A stretch of DNA of 64,000 nt, from the NCBI GenBank assembly GCA_027491415.1, contig JAOZFH010000047.1, positions 1-64,000 on the forward strand. The letters are read 5' to 3'. The stretch comes from Thermoproteota archaeon (GTDB lineage: Archaea; Korarchaeota; Korarchaeia; Korarchaeales; Korarchaeaceae). The stretch's first letter is position 1. Every line of letters starts with the position of its first letter. Positions 55,381-64,000 of this stretch are shown piece by piece. The notes below the pieces were generated by a model. It worked only from the letters and a program-made list of their open reading frames with translations. It was not told the origin of the DNA and made no database searches. A program made the translations under genes and the position numbers.

Positions 55381-57276
55381 TCATCCCTCCCTGACGATGG
55401 CCCCGGTCGGGCACACTTGGGCGCATATGGTGCAGCCTGTGCACTTGCCCCCGTAGATGAACGCCTTGTTGAGTTCTTCATCGAAACCGAGGGCCGGGCA
55501 GCCCGTCTTGATGCACTCCTTGCACCCCACGCAGGCGGACGGGTTGACGGTCATCGGCCTGGGACGGAGCCCCTTCTTACGGAGCCGCCTCAGTACCTGC
55601 AGGGTGCACTCCGCCCGGAACACGAGGACTGCCGGCAGTCCAGATGATTCGGCTGACCTGATGGCCTCTACCACGGCCTCCTCCGCCGCCTTGAGGTTGT
55701 AAGGACTCAGAACCCGCACGAAAGGTATCTGGAAGGCCTTGGCCACGTCCTCCGGCTTGAGGACCGGCGCCTGATCCCCGATCGCGTTGACTCCGGACGT
55801 GGGGCTAGGCTGGTGTCCAGTCATGCAGGTCCACCTGTTGTCGAAGACCGCCACGACTATGGGGGCCCTGTTGACGACCGCATTCACCAGCGCCGGGAGC
55901 CCACCGTGGAAGAATGTGGAGTCCCCTATCACGGCCACCACCGGCCTAGTCTCGCCCGCCTTCTTCGCGGCGGCGGCCATGGCGATGCTGGACCCCATCG
56001 CTATGCAGGTATCGATTGCGTCTAGAGGAGGATTCGAGCCCTGGTTGTAGCACCCCCTATCCCCGAAGACGAGCCCATCGACGCCCAGCCGTGCGAACGC
56101 GGCCTTAATCGAGAGGTAAGACCCCCTATGAGGACATCCGGCGCACATCTGGGGGATCCTCCTCCCCACGGAGGAGGAAACCTCATCCAAGGTGGTAAGC
56201 GTCAGGGCGGGGTAGTTCACATCAAATAGATCGCTCAGAACCCTACCGACGAGTTCGGGGCTGTACTCTCCATACCTCGGGAGGTGGCCCGTGTTCTTGC
56301 CGTAAACCTCCACCCCCACCCCGTTGAGCTCGGCTATCCTGATTACCTGATCCTCCAAAAAGGGCTCGAGTTCCTCCAAAACAACAACCTTGTCGACGGA
56401 GCGGAGGAAGTCCAGAACAGGCTCCTCAGGGATGGGATACTGGCCGATCAGCTTCAAGACCGGCACCTTCTCCAGTAGACCCTCCGCGGCCAGGACGTCC
56501 ATTGCGTAGTTGTGTGGAACCCCTGTGGTGATTAGCCCCCAGACGCCGCTGTCCGGCCCGAACCTCTGAACGAAGGGCTCGTCCTCAAACACCTTTTCTA
56601 CCCTCTCTAGTCTCTCGAAGAGCTTCGGAATATTGGCCCTCGCGTGAGGGGCTATGCTGACGAGCCGGGGGTGATCTTTGGGGAAGTTGGGCTTCCTCTT
56701 CTCCAGCCTGAGCGGTCCCAGCCGGACTGGGGCCTTGGAGTGAGCCACCGCCGCCGTGTATCTGAACAGCACAGGCGTCTTCATATCTTCGGAGAGGTCC
56801 ATGGCCCAGACGATGAGATCCTTGGCCTCTGCAGGATCTGACGGTTCCACCACCGGAATGTTTACTATCCTCCCGTGAAACCTCGTGTCCACGGAGCTCT
56901 GAGAGCTGTGCGGGTGTGGATCGTCGGCCGAGACTATGACGAGGCCCGCGTCCACCCCAGTTATTGCCGCCACCGCGAGCGGATCCAGGATCCAGTGCGC
57001 ACCCAGGTGCTTCATCACGGTCATGGACCTCAGTCCTGCGAGGGCCGCCGAGTAGGCGGCCTCGAAGGCGACCTTCTCGTTCGTCGACCACTCGACGTAG
57101 ATTCCCGCCTTGCTGGCAACTCTCGAAAGGTTCGCGAGCACCTCGCTGCTGGGGGTTCCCGGGTACGCCGTGACGAACTGAGCTCCGGCCTCTAGGGCGC
57201 CCCGAGCAATGGCCTCATTGCCCATCATTAGGGCGACCTTCTCTCCCTCCTCCAGCAGGATTGCGGCCATTGCCAT
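55381..57276 (-). CDS. iorA: Indolepyruvate:ferredoxin oxidoreductase subunit alpha
   Basis: GNEAIARGA, YPGTPSSE, EWSTNEKVA, DDP..HSSQ, CAGCPH, GDRGC, IGDSTFFH, DN...MTGHQ, C-terminal 2x[4Fe-4S]; start ATG 57276/57270. Confidence 0.95.
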   Translation of the reverse strand: MAMAAILLEEGEKVALMMGNEAIARGALEAGAQFVTAYPGTPSSEVLANLSRVASKAGIYVEWSTNEKVAFEAAYSAALAGLRSMTVMKHLGAHWILDPLAVAAITGVDAGLVIVSADDPHPHSSQSSVDTRFHGRIVNIPVVEPSDPAEAKDLIVWAMDLSEDMKTPVLFRYTAAVAHSKAPVRLGPLRLEKRKPNFPKDHPRLVSIAPHARANIPKLFERLERVEKVFEDEPFVQRFGPDSGVWGLITTGVPHNYAMDVLAAEGLLEKVPVLKLIGQYPIPEEPVLDFLRSVDKVVVLEELEPFLEDQVIRIAELNGVGVEVYGKNTGHLPRYGEYSPELVGRVLSDLFDVNYPALTLTTLDEVSSSVGRRIPQMCAGCPHRGSYLSIKAAFARLGVDGLVFGDRGCYNQGSNPPLDAIDTCIAMGSSIAMAAAAKKAGETRPVVAVIGDSTFFHGGLPALVNAVVNRAPIVVAVFDNRWTCMTGHQPSPTSGVNAIGDQAPVLKPEDVAKAFQIPFVRVLSPYNLKAAEEAVVEAIRSAESSGLPAVLVFRAECTLQVLRRLRKKGLRPRPMTVNPSACVGCKECIKTGCPALGFDEELNKAFIYGGKCTGCTICAQVCPTGAIVREG

Positions 57277-57451
57277 CACCTTAGCGCAATTTTTTAGGCG
57301 ATTGCCAAACATCGTTGGTTTATTAAACTTTACGGTCCTAGAATCAGTGTAAGAGTGACGGGATATAGGTCCAATAGCTCGGCGATTTATCCGGCTAGCC
57401 CCAGATCAAATAAATGTTGACTATCGAGCGTTTACTATCCAGAGGGCGCGC

Positions 57452-58207
57452 CTACAAGGACGCTCTCAGCCGCTCGACCAGTTCACCGATCTCTGGGAGC
57501 TTGGATACCACTAACCCGACGTTGGAAAGTTTCGCAAGCCTCACCGCAAGCGGGTCGACCGAGTCGGGCTTTAGACCGTGGAGGACTACGAGAGCTGGCC
57601 TCACGTCGAACACCCTTATCGCCACCATCGGCGACCTGCCTGTGGAAACTTTGGTGAATATGAGGGCCCTCTCGGTGGACGAGCCGAAGAGCCTCATGAA
57701 GTCCGCCCCGGAGAGAGTTTCTATGGCCTTCACGCTGTCTATCACCGTATAGCCGTAGATGTACTTGGATCCCTCAGGCTCCACTAGGGCCTCGCCCTCT
57801 ATGACCTCCACGAACTTTCCCGTCTCCACCGGGGCGGCGAGCTCCCTTATGTCGACTACGCTCACCAGCATGTCCGAGATGCCCAGGGTCCTCGCCAGAG
57901 TCTTAATCGTCGCTCCTCCCCTTCTCTCGTCAAGTTCCAGCAGGGCCTCAACGAACCTTCGCAGGACGAGAGAGCCGGGGCTTCTCCTCCTCCCCGACTC
58001 ATAGTCAGATATAACGGAGGCAGACACCTCCAGCGCCCTGGCGAGCTCGCTCTGCTTGATTCCAAAGTACTGCCTCCACTTCCTCATTGCGAGCCCGATG
58101 TCGCTTGAGAACAGTATATCTCCCGCTATCTTCTTGGCGATAGTCTCCCTCAGTATGCGCCTGTGATAAGATGCGACGACCTCCTCTGAGGAGCCACCCT
58201 CGGACAA
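57452..58207 (-). CDS. Archaeal Cro/C1-type HTH transcriptional regulator (COG1709-like)
   Basis: IAGDI..S, RKWR..F...Q.ELA, SVISDYESGRR.SPG, YGYTVIDS, GSSTERALIFT.VSTGRSPMVAIRV; TTTATAA promoter and SD favour TTG 58207 (track start 58252). Confidence 0.92.
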   Translation of the reverse strand: MSEGGSSEEVVASYHRRILRETIAKKIAGDILFSSDIGLAMRKWRQYFGIKQSELARALEVSASVISDYESGRRRSPGSLVLRRFVEALLELDERRGGATIKTLARTLGISDMLVSVVDIRELAAPVETGKFVEVIEGEALVEPEGSKYIYGYTVIDSVKAIETLSGADFMRLFGSSTERALIFTKVSTGRSPMVAIRVFDVRPALVVLHGLKPDSVDPLAVRLAKLSNVGLVVSKLPEIGELVERLRASL

Positions 58208-58263
58208 AAGCACCACCTTTCCAATAGCTCGATGGCAGATCTCTCCGATCATTTATAAAGCGT

Positions 58264-58668
58264 TCATCGACATCGACCGTCGTCGTTGCCCTCAGGGGCA
58301 TGTCGGGGATCGTTTCGGAAATCCGTTAGCCTCATCAGAAGTCGAGTGAGCTCTCCCCGATTCATTACCCTCTCACGGACTTTCCCCTCCGCCTCCGCAA
58401 TCTCTTTGGCTATCAGGTGGTAACAGTAGGGCCGGCCCCTTCGGAGGAGGGCCTCAATGTAGAAGTCGGTGCACGTGCAGAAGTAGTCCCCCAACACCAA
58501 GTAGGCGCCCCGCTCCCCCTCCACAACCCACGCCTTGAAGCCCTCGGTCGAGGATATCCTTATCACGCGGCCCTCTTCGACGGCCCTGATGGCCTTAACC
58601 GCGCTCTCGGGAGGGAGAAGCCGCAGGAGCTCTCTAGATCCATCCTGTCTACGGGGGGCGCGCCTCAG
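58264..58668 (-). CDS. SWIM zinc finger protein
   Basis: WVVEG..G.YLV...FCTC.DF...CYH; family-like KAIRAVEEGRV lies upstream of track start 58566; CTG 58668 after GGTGA proposed. Confidence 0.8.
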   Translation of the reverse strand: MRRAPRRQDGSRELLRLLPPESAVKAIRAVEEGRVIRISSTEGFKAWVVEGERGAYLVLGDYFCTCTDFYIEALLRRGRPYCYHLIAKEIAEAEGKVRERVMNRGELTRLLMRLTDFRNDPRHAPEGNDDGRCR

Positions 58669-58680
58669 TTGAGGATCACC

Positions 58681-59442
58681 ATGCTAAAGGAGGGGCCGGC
58701 GTTGGTTTTTACTGTTGGAGACCGAAGGCTGCTGGTAGCCGCGGACCTTCACCTTGGACTTGAGGACGAACTCGCGGCGAAGGGGGTGAGCATCCCCGGA
58801 CTGTCGGCGAGAATATCTAGGCGGTTGGTAAACTTGGTGGATCGAGTGGGTCCCGAGGAATTGGTGATCCTCGGGGATTTGAAACACGGAGTGGGTCCGC
58901 CAAGCAAGTCGACTCAGCTGGTCATAGAGGAACTCGTGTCAGACCTGCTTAAGCGGGGGGTGGCGCTCACACTGGTCAAGGGGAACCACGACGGAGGGAT
59001 CGAGAACTACCTCCCCACGCGTGTGAAGATCGTCGGGCCGCGTGGATTCAGGGTGGGGGAGGTTGGGCTCTTTCACGGGCATTCTTGGCCGGCGGAGGAG
59101 GTTCTCGCGGCCGAACTGATCCTGGCCGGTCACGTTCACCCGGCAGCCAGGGTTAGAGATCCGAACACGGGCAGAAGGAGGGTCGTCAGGGTCTGGGTCA
59201 TCTCCTCCCCCGAGGAAGCCGAATCGGCCGGGACGCGAGATGCTGTCGGGGCCCGGCTGGTGCTGATGCCTGCCTATAACCAGTTTGTAGGCTTTGGACT
59301 GATTGGGTTCCAAGGCTCGAAGAGGACCCTTGGCCCTCTGTCAAGACTCATCTCGGATCGAGGGGTCGCTCACGTACTGGCACTCGACGGCACGTACTTG
59401 GGAACTCTTAGAGATCTGAGAGGGGGCCGGGAAAAAGGTTAA
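58681..59442 (+). CDS. Calcineurin-like metallophosphoesterase (COG1407-like)
   Basis: ADLHLG.E, LGDLKH, KGNHD, HGH, GHVHP, MPAYN, DGTYLG; start ATG 58681 or TTG 58669. Confidence 0.9.
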   Translation: MLKEGPALVFTVGDRRLLVAADLHLGLEDELAAKGVSIPGLSARISRRLVNLVDRVGPEELVILGDLKHGVGPPSKSTQLVIEELVSDLLKRGVALTLVKGNHDGGIENYLPTRVKIVGPRGFRVGEVGLFHGHSWPAEEVLAAELILAGHVHPAARVRDPNTGRRRVVRVWVISSPEEAESAGTRDAVGARLVLMPAYNQFVGFGLIGFQGSKRTLGPLSRLISDRGVAHVLALDGTYLGTLRDLRGGREKG

Positions 59443-59477
59443 TATCGCAGCGTCCAGTCGGGGCGGAAGGGATAGGG

Positions 59478-60872
59478 CTGGCCCCGGAGTACGACGTCGT
59501 CATCGTGGGAGCTGGTCCCACTGGACTCTTTGCGGCTCACGAGATCAAAAGGAGGGCGCCAGAGTCCAGAGTGCTGGTGGTTGAGATGGGCCCAGACCTC
59601 GCCGGACGCCGCTGCCCCGCCCAGTCCACAGGCAAGTGCGTGCTCTGCCCAACCTGCGCCGTGGTGTCCGGCTTCGGAGGGGCCGGCGCCTTCAGCGACG
59701 GTAAGCTCAACCTGACTGAGCGAGTTGGCGGAGAACTCGCGGACTACCTCGACGGAGGTCAGGTGCGTGAACTCATCTCCTACGTGGACTCGGTCTACCT
59801 AGAACTCGGGGCTCCTGACCGGGTCTACGGAACGGACGATAAAGCCATAGCGGAACTCAAGAGGAAGGCCTACAGGCAGGGGTTCCTCCTCATCCCGTTC
59901 AGGATAAGGCATATGGGAAGCGACGGCGGATACAGGGTGCTTCAGAACTTCAGGAGGCTGCTGGAGGAGCTGGGCGTTGAGTTTAGGTTTGGAACCCCCG
60001 TAGAGAGAGTGGAGGTCGAGGACGGGAGGGTGAGGGGGGTCTCCCTGGCCGGGGGGGAGTTCCTCCCAAGCAGATACGTGGTTGTCGCCCCAGGAAGGGT
60101 GGGCGCGAACTGGCTCGTCTCGGAGGCCAGGAGATTGGGCATGAGGGTGGAGTCCGGGAGGGTCGACATAGGCGTCAGGGTCGAGGTCCTGGCTGAGGTT
60201 ATGAGGGAGTTCACCGACATCCTCTACGAGCCCAAGCTAGTCTACTACACCAAGACCTTCGACGACAAGGTCCGCGTGTTCTGCGTCAACCCAGGGGGGT
60301 TCGTCGTCACGGAGTCCTACTGGGGGATCGTAACGGTCAACGGGGCGGCCAGGGAGGACTCAAAGACAGACAACACGAACTTCGCGCTGCTGGTCTCGGT
60401 GAAGTTCACCGAGCCCTACAAGGACTCGATCTCCTACGCGCTCGACATAGCTAAGCTGGCCAACAACATCGCCGACAACCAGCCAATCATCCAGAGGCTG
60501 GGAGACCTCCTCAGGGGCAGGAGGTCCACCCCGGCACGGATCTCCAGGAGCGTGGTGGAGCCCACCTTGGGAGGAGCGGTCCCGGGAGACCTGAGCTTCG
60601 TGTACCCCTATCGGTACCTAATGGACATTCTAGAGACCCTACAGGCCCTCAACAACGTGATGCCTGGGATATACTCGGACCACACGCTCCTGTACGGCGT
60701 CGAGATCAAGCTCCACACCGCCAAGCTGGACCTGAAGAGGAACCTGGAGAGCAAGACCATTCAGGGGCTCTACGCCGGGGGAGACGCCGCTGGAGTCTCT
60801 CGCGGCCTCATTCAGGCGTCCGCGTCCGGTGTGGTGATCGGAAGGGACGTGGCCCGACGCCTGGCGGGCTGA
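59478..60872 (+). CDS. Uncharacterised FAD-dependent oxidoreductase (COG2509-like)
   Basis: YDVVIVGAGPTG, RCP...C..C..C...GFGGAGAFSDGK, RHMG, APGR.G, DIGVRVE, FC.NPGG, NTNFAL, GDAAGVSRG; first beta strand needs a start upstream of 59505 (CTG 59478). Confidence 0.9.
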   Translation: MAPEYDVVIVGAGPTGLFAAHEIKRRAPESRVLVVEMGPDLAGRRCPAQSTGKCVLCPTCAVVSGFGGAGAFSDGKLNLTERVGGELADYLDGGQVRELISYVDSVYLELGAPDRVYGTDDKAIAELKRKAYRQGFLLIPFRIRHMGSDGGYRVLQNFRRLLEELGVEFRFGTPVERVEVEDGRVRGVSLAGGEFLPSRYVVVAPGRVGANWLVSEARRLGMRVESGRVDIGVRVEVLAEVMREFTDILYEPKLVYYTKTFDDKVRVFCVNPGGFVVTESYWGIVTVNGAAREDSKTDNTNFALLVSVKFTEPYKDSISYALDIAKLANNIADNQPIIQRLGDLLRGRRSTPARISRSVVEPTLGGAVPGDLSFVYPYRYLMDILETLQALNNVMPGIYSDHTLLYGVEIKLHTAKLDLKRNLESKTIQGLYAGGDAAGVSRGLIQASASGVVIGRDVARRLAG

Positions 60873-60890
60873 CCGGAGGCTCGTTGAACC

Positions 60891-60898
60891 TTTTTATA
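60891..60898 (+). promoter_or_regulatory. TATA box for rpl14 (spc-like) operon
   Basis: TTTTTATA about 46 nt upstream of rpl14 ATG, followed by SD GGAGGGGTG. Confidence 0.65.
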
Positions 60899-60944
60899 GC
60901 CGACCCGGGCAGGGGCCCCGAGTTGACACTCTGGAGGGGTGTAA

Positions 60945-61373
60945 ATGGCCCGTAGAGCCGTGAGAAGGCGGAAGCTAAAGGGCGTAAAGCCGAAGGTATC
61001 TCGGGGCCTGCCCGTGATGGCTAAGCTCAAGTGCGCCGACAACACGGGCGCCAGGGTCCTTCAGATAATAGGCGTGATTGGCTACAAGGGGAGGAAGGGC
61101 AGGCTCCCCTCCGCGAGCGTCGGAGATATGGTTGTGGTGGTGGTCAAGCAGGGCAAGCACGACCTCCTCCACAAGCCGTTCAAGGCGGTCGTGGTCAGGC
61201 AGAGGAAGCCCTTCAGGAGGAAGAGCGGGCAGTGGGTCGTGTTCGAGGACAACGCCGCCATACTGGTGAACGACGACGGGACGCCAAAGGGAAGCGAGGT
61301 CAAGGGGCCAGTCGCCAAGGAGGCCCTCGAGAAGTGGCCAACCCTTAGCGCAGTCTCGATGACGGTGGTGTAA
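60945..61373 (+). CDS. rpl14: 50S ribosomal protein uL14
   Basis: [39 protein letters not shown]. Confidence 0.97.
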   Translation: MARRAVRRRKLKGVKPKVSRGLPVMAKLKCADNTGARVLQIIGVIGYKGRKGRLPSASVGDMVVVVVKQGKHDLLHKPFKAVVVRQRKPFRRKSGQWVVFEDNAAILVNDDGTPKGSEVKGPVAKEALEKWPTLSAVSMTVV

Positions 61374-61376
61374 GAG

Positions 61377-61757
61377 ATGGCACAGACCAAGGTTACCTCG
61401 TCCAAGCCTTCCAAGCAGCGGAAGTTCCTCTACACGGCCCCGCTGCACGTCAGGGCCAAGATGATGGCTGCCACGCTCTCTCCCGAACTCAGGGCGAGAT
61501 ATGGGAGGAGATCCTTCCCCGTCAGGAAGGGAGACAAGGTCAGGGTCATGAGGGGGGACTACGCCGGGCGAGAGGGGAAGATAATCGGCGTTGACAGGGA
61601 GAAGTATAGGATACACATAGAGGGCCTGACCAGGAAGAAGGCCGACGGGACCGAGGTCCCCATCCCCATACACCCCTCCAAGGTCATGATAATCGAACTT
61701 GACCTCAGCGACGAGCGGCGGAAGGCCGCGCTCGAGAGGGGAAAGGAGGCTGAGTGA
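61377..61757 (+). CDS. rpl24: 50S ribosomal protein uL24
   Basis: [38 protein letters not shown]. Confidence 0.97.
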   Translation: MAQTKVTSSKPSKQRKFLYTAPLHVRAKMMAATLSPELRARYGRRSFPVRKGDKVRVMRGDYAGREGKIIGVDREKYRIHIEGLTRKKADGTEVPIPIHPSKVMIIELDLSDERRKAALERGKEAE

Positions 61758-62479
61758 TCATGACGAAGAAGGGCGGAGGAAGGCACCTCAAGAGGATGAA
61801 GGCTCCGGGCTACTGGCCCATCGCCAAGAGGGAGTCCAAGTGGACCGTTAAGCCCAGGCCTGGCCCGCACCCCATTGACAGGGGCATCCCGCTCCTGATC
61901 ATAGTCAGGGACATACTCAAGCTCGCCACGACGGCGAGGGAGGCCAAGAGGATAATCCACCAGAAGGAGATCCTCGTGGACGGCAGGCCGGTCTACGACC
62001 ACAAGTTCCAGGTTGGGCTCTTGGACACGATAGCAATCCCCAAGGCCGAGATGTACCTCCGCATGACCTCCGACCCCACCAAGTTCCTCAGGCTGATCGA
62101 GATACCGGAGGAGGAGGTGGAACTCAAGGTTGTGAGGATAAAGAGGAAGACTGCTGTCAAGGGTGGGGGGATCCAGCTCACGGGCCACGACGGCAGGAAC
62201 TTCCTCACCGAGCCGGGCGCGGACCTGGCCAAGGTGAGGGTCGGCGACTCCCTCCTCGTCAAGGTGCCCAGCCAAGAGGTCGTCGAGGTACTGCCCCTCC
62301 GAGAGGACGCGATCGCTTTGGTCATAAGTGGAAGGCGTGCGGGCCGAATCGGGAAGATAGAGCGCATCGCTGAGTTCGTGGAGGTGAGGGACCTCGAGGA
62401 CCCGAACCTGACGTACAGGGCGCTGAAGGAGAGCCTGATCGTGGTGGGCAGGGAGGCCCCCGCCATTAAGGTGAGGTGA
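61754..62479 (+). CDS. rps4e: 30S ribosomal protein eS4
   Basis: HLKR..AP..W, PGPH, RD.LK.A....EA, VDG, VGLLD, HDGRN; start GTG 61754 or ATG 61760. Confidence 0.97.
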   Translation: MIMTKKGGGRHLKRMKAPGYWPIAKRESKWTVKPRPGPHPIDRGIPLLIIVRDILKLATTAREAKRIIHQKEILVDGRPVYDHKFQVGLLDTIAIPKAEMYLRMTSDPTKFLRLIEIPEEEVELKVVRIKRKTAVKGGGIQLTGHDGRNFLTEPGADLAKVRVGDSLLVKVPSQEVVEVLPLREDAIALVISGRRAGRIGKIERIAEFVEVRDLEDPNLTYRALKESLIVVGREAPAIKVR

Positions 62480-62486
62480 CCAGCCC

Positions 62487-63053
62487 ATGGAGTCCAGCGC
62501 GGAGAGGGTCGAGGGGAGCTACGAGGAGAAGTGGAAGAGCAACCCGATGCTTGAGCCGAGGCTCCTAGCGGTCACACTCAACATAGCGGTTGGGAGGAGT
62601 GGTGAAGTACTGGAGAGGGCGGCCTCCGTGCTCGAGGAGCTCACGGGTCAGAAGCCGGTACAGAGGAGGGCCAAGAGAACCATCAAGGAGTTCGGGATCA
62701 GGAAGAAGGAGCCCATCGCCGTGTCTGTGACGGTCAGGGGCAAGAAGGCCTATGACCTGCTGGACAGGGTCGTGGAGGCAGTCGGCAGGAGAGTCAAGGC
62801 CTCGGCCTTCGACGAGTTCGGTAACTTCGCCTTCGGCATCAGGGAGCACATAGACATCCCGGGCATGAAGTACAAGGCGGAGGTGGGAGTGTTCGGTATG
62901 GACGTCATCGTCACCATGGGCAGGGCTGGCTACAGGGTCGCGAGGAGGAGGCTCAAGAGGAGGAGGATCCCGAAGAGGCACAGGCTCACCAAGGAGGAGG
63001 CCATCGAGTACGTCAGGAAGCGCTTAAAGATCGAGGTGGTCGAGGAGGAGTGA
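62487..63053 (+). CDS. rpl5: 50S ribosomal protein uL5
   Basis: NPM, LEELTGQKP, FGIRK.E.I...VT.RG, FD.FGNF.FGI.EHID.PG. Confidence 0.97.
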   Translation: MESSAERVEGSYEEKWKSNPMLEPRLLAVTLNIAVGRSGEVLERAASVLEELTGQKPVQRRAKRTIKEFGIRKKEPIAVSVTVRGKKAYDLLDRVVEAVGRRVKASAFDEFGNFAFGIREHIDIPGMKYKAEVGVFGMDVIVTMGRAGYRVARRRLKRRRIPKRHRLTKEEAIEYVRKRLKIEVVEEE

Positions 63054-63065
63054 GAGGTGTTGAGA

Positions 63066-63230
63066 TTGGCCAAGCCGAAGAAGAGGGTCAGGACGAGGGG
63101 AAAGGGCGCTTACGTGTGTAGGAGGTGCGGGAGGGTAGGCTACGGCATCATCAGGAAGTACGGGCTGTACCTCTGCCGGTCTTGCTTCAGGGAGGTCGCC
63201 CCCCTGATGGGGTGGAGGAAGTACGAGTAG
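63066..63230 (+). CDS. rps14: 30S ribosomal protein uS14 (not in ORF track, 54 aa)
   Basis: Manual translation [54 protein letters not shown]; SD GAGGTG. Confidence 0.96.
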   Translation: MAKPKKRVRTRGKGAYVCRRCGRVGYGIIRKYGLYLCRSCFREVAPLMGWRKYE

Positions 63231-63244
63231 TCGGGGGTGTTGCC

Positions 63245-63637
63245 GTGACTCGGCTGGATCCACTGGCGGACGCCCTGAGCGCCCTCACAAACGCCTCCAG
63301 GCTGGGGAAGCGTGAGGTCGTAATCCCAATAGCCTCGAAGCTCATCGGGCAGGTGCTGAGGGTCATGCAGGAGGAAGGCTACATAGGCGAGTTCGAGTAC
63401 ATCGACGACGGCAGGGCCGGCAAGTACCGGGTTAAGCTCGTCGGTCGGCTCAACAAGGCGGCCGCTATCAAGCCAAGGTTCTCGGTCAAGAAGGACAAGT
63501 TCGAGGACTTCGAGCGGAGGTTCCTGCCTGCATATAACGTCGGCGCCATCGTAGTGTCCACCCCCAAGGGCGTCATGACCCACCGGAGGGCCAAGGAGCT
63601 GGGCATCGGGGGAGTGCTCCTGGCGTACTTCTACTGA
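63245..63637 (+). CDS. rps8: 30S ribosomal protein uS8
   Basis: [10 protein letters not shown]...VL..MQ..GYIGEFE.IDDGR.G, IKPRF, LPA..G...VST..GVM.H, GG.LLAY; GTG 63245. Confidence 0.97.
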   Translation: MTRLDPLADALSALTNASRLGKREVVIPIASKLIGQVLRVMQEEGYIGEFEYIDDGRAGKYRVKLVGRLNKAAAIKPRFSVKKDKFEDFERRFLPAYNVGAIVVSTPKGVMTHRRAKELGIGGVLLAYFY

Positions 63638-63653
63638 TGGAGGGTGGTGCTCA

Positions 63654-64000
63654 ATGCCTCATCCAAAGGTCGCCGTGGAAGTGCTCGTCGAGGAGGTCCC
63701 GATAGTGGAGGGGGTGGAGGTCTCCGTAGAGGGAGACGTCATTAGGGTTAAGGGCCCCCTCGGAGAGCTGAGCAGGAAGTACGACTCCCGGATGGTGGAT
63801 GTGGAGGCAGACCAAGAGGAGAAGAAGGTTATTCTCAGGACCTACAACCCGAGGAAGTTTCAGAGGGCGTACATCGGGACCGTGGCGGCCCACATCAAGA
63901 ACATGATGAAGGGCGTCACGGAGGGCTTCAGGAAGGAGATGATCGTGGTCTACGCCCACTTCCCCATCAAGGTGGAGGTGGACGAGGAGAGGAGGCTCGT
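63654..64000 (+). CDS. rpl6: 50S ribosomal protein uL6, 3'-truncated by window edge
   Basis: Manual translation ...EGVEVSVEG...VKGPLGEL...GTVAAHIKNMMKGVTEGF...VYAHFPI. Confidence 0.95.
   Translation, partial: MPHPKVAVEVLVEEVPIVEGVEVSVEGDVIRVKGPLGELSRKYDSRMVDVEADQEEKKVILRTYNPRKFQRAYIGTVAAHIKNMMKGVTEGFRKEMIVVYAHFPIKVEVDEERRL

Noticed and set aside
57316-57332. GTTTATTAAAC as a SurR-like site upstream of iorA
   Set aside because: Spacing is not GTTn3AAC, and the sequence is explained as the iorA TATA box.
60975-63959. Long antisense ORFs (232, 309, 157, 147 aa etc.) over ribosomal protein genes, and similar ones over ileS, proS, polB and dnaG
   Set aside because: Shadow frames caused by high GC3 codon bias; no motifs or start signals.
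1-64000. tRNAs, CRISPR arrays, IS elements, inteins, Sec/Pyl readthrough
   Set aside because: None seen by eye; protein lengths and termini match their families, with no in-frame TGA/TAG interrupting a domain.

Overview
Gene-dense, GC-rich chromosomal window from a thermophile-like TACK archaeon (eS26, crenarchaeal-type PolB1, GatDE, archaeal DnaG, GGTGA-type Shine-Dalgarno motifs; a Korarchaeia-like lineage is plausible but not provable here). It is almost all housekeeping: four aminoacyl-tRNA synthetases, gatDE, a stand-alone 5S rRNA, two separated pieces of the S10/spc ribosomal protein cluster, mevalonate/isoprenoid genes (HMG-CoA synthase, thiolase, DUF35, HMG-CoA reductase, fused AcnX, GGPP synthase), nucleoside/AMP catabolism, iorAB, gcvT and two family B DNA polymerases. 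I saw no tRNA, CRISPR array, transposase or integrase, and no clear multi-gene novel system. Most notable observations: a PolB3-like polymerase with intact polymerase motifs but all three proofreading motifs lost; repeated apparent use of CTG start codons; a promoter-linked ~82-nt double K-turn RNA upstream of dnaG; a C/D box sRNA; a fused AcnX; a minimal inactive TtuA paralog resembling Ctu2/Ncs2; and several intact ORFs with decayed catalytic motifs. All calls come from reading motifs by eye, with no database search.
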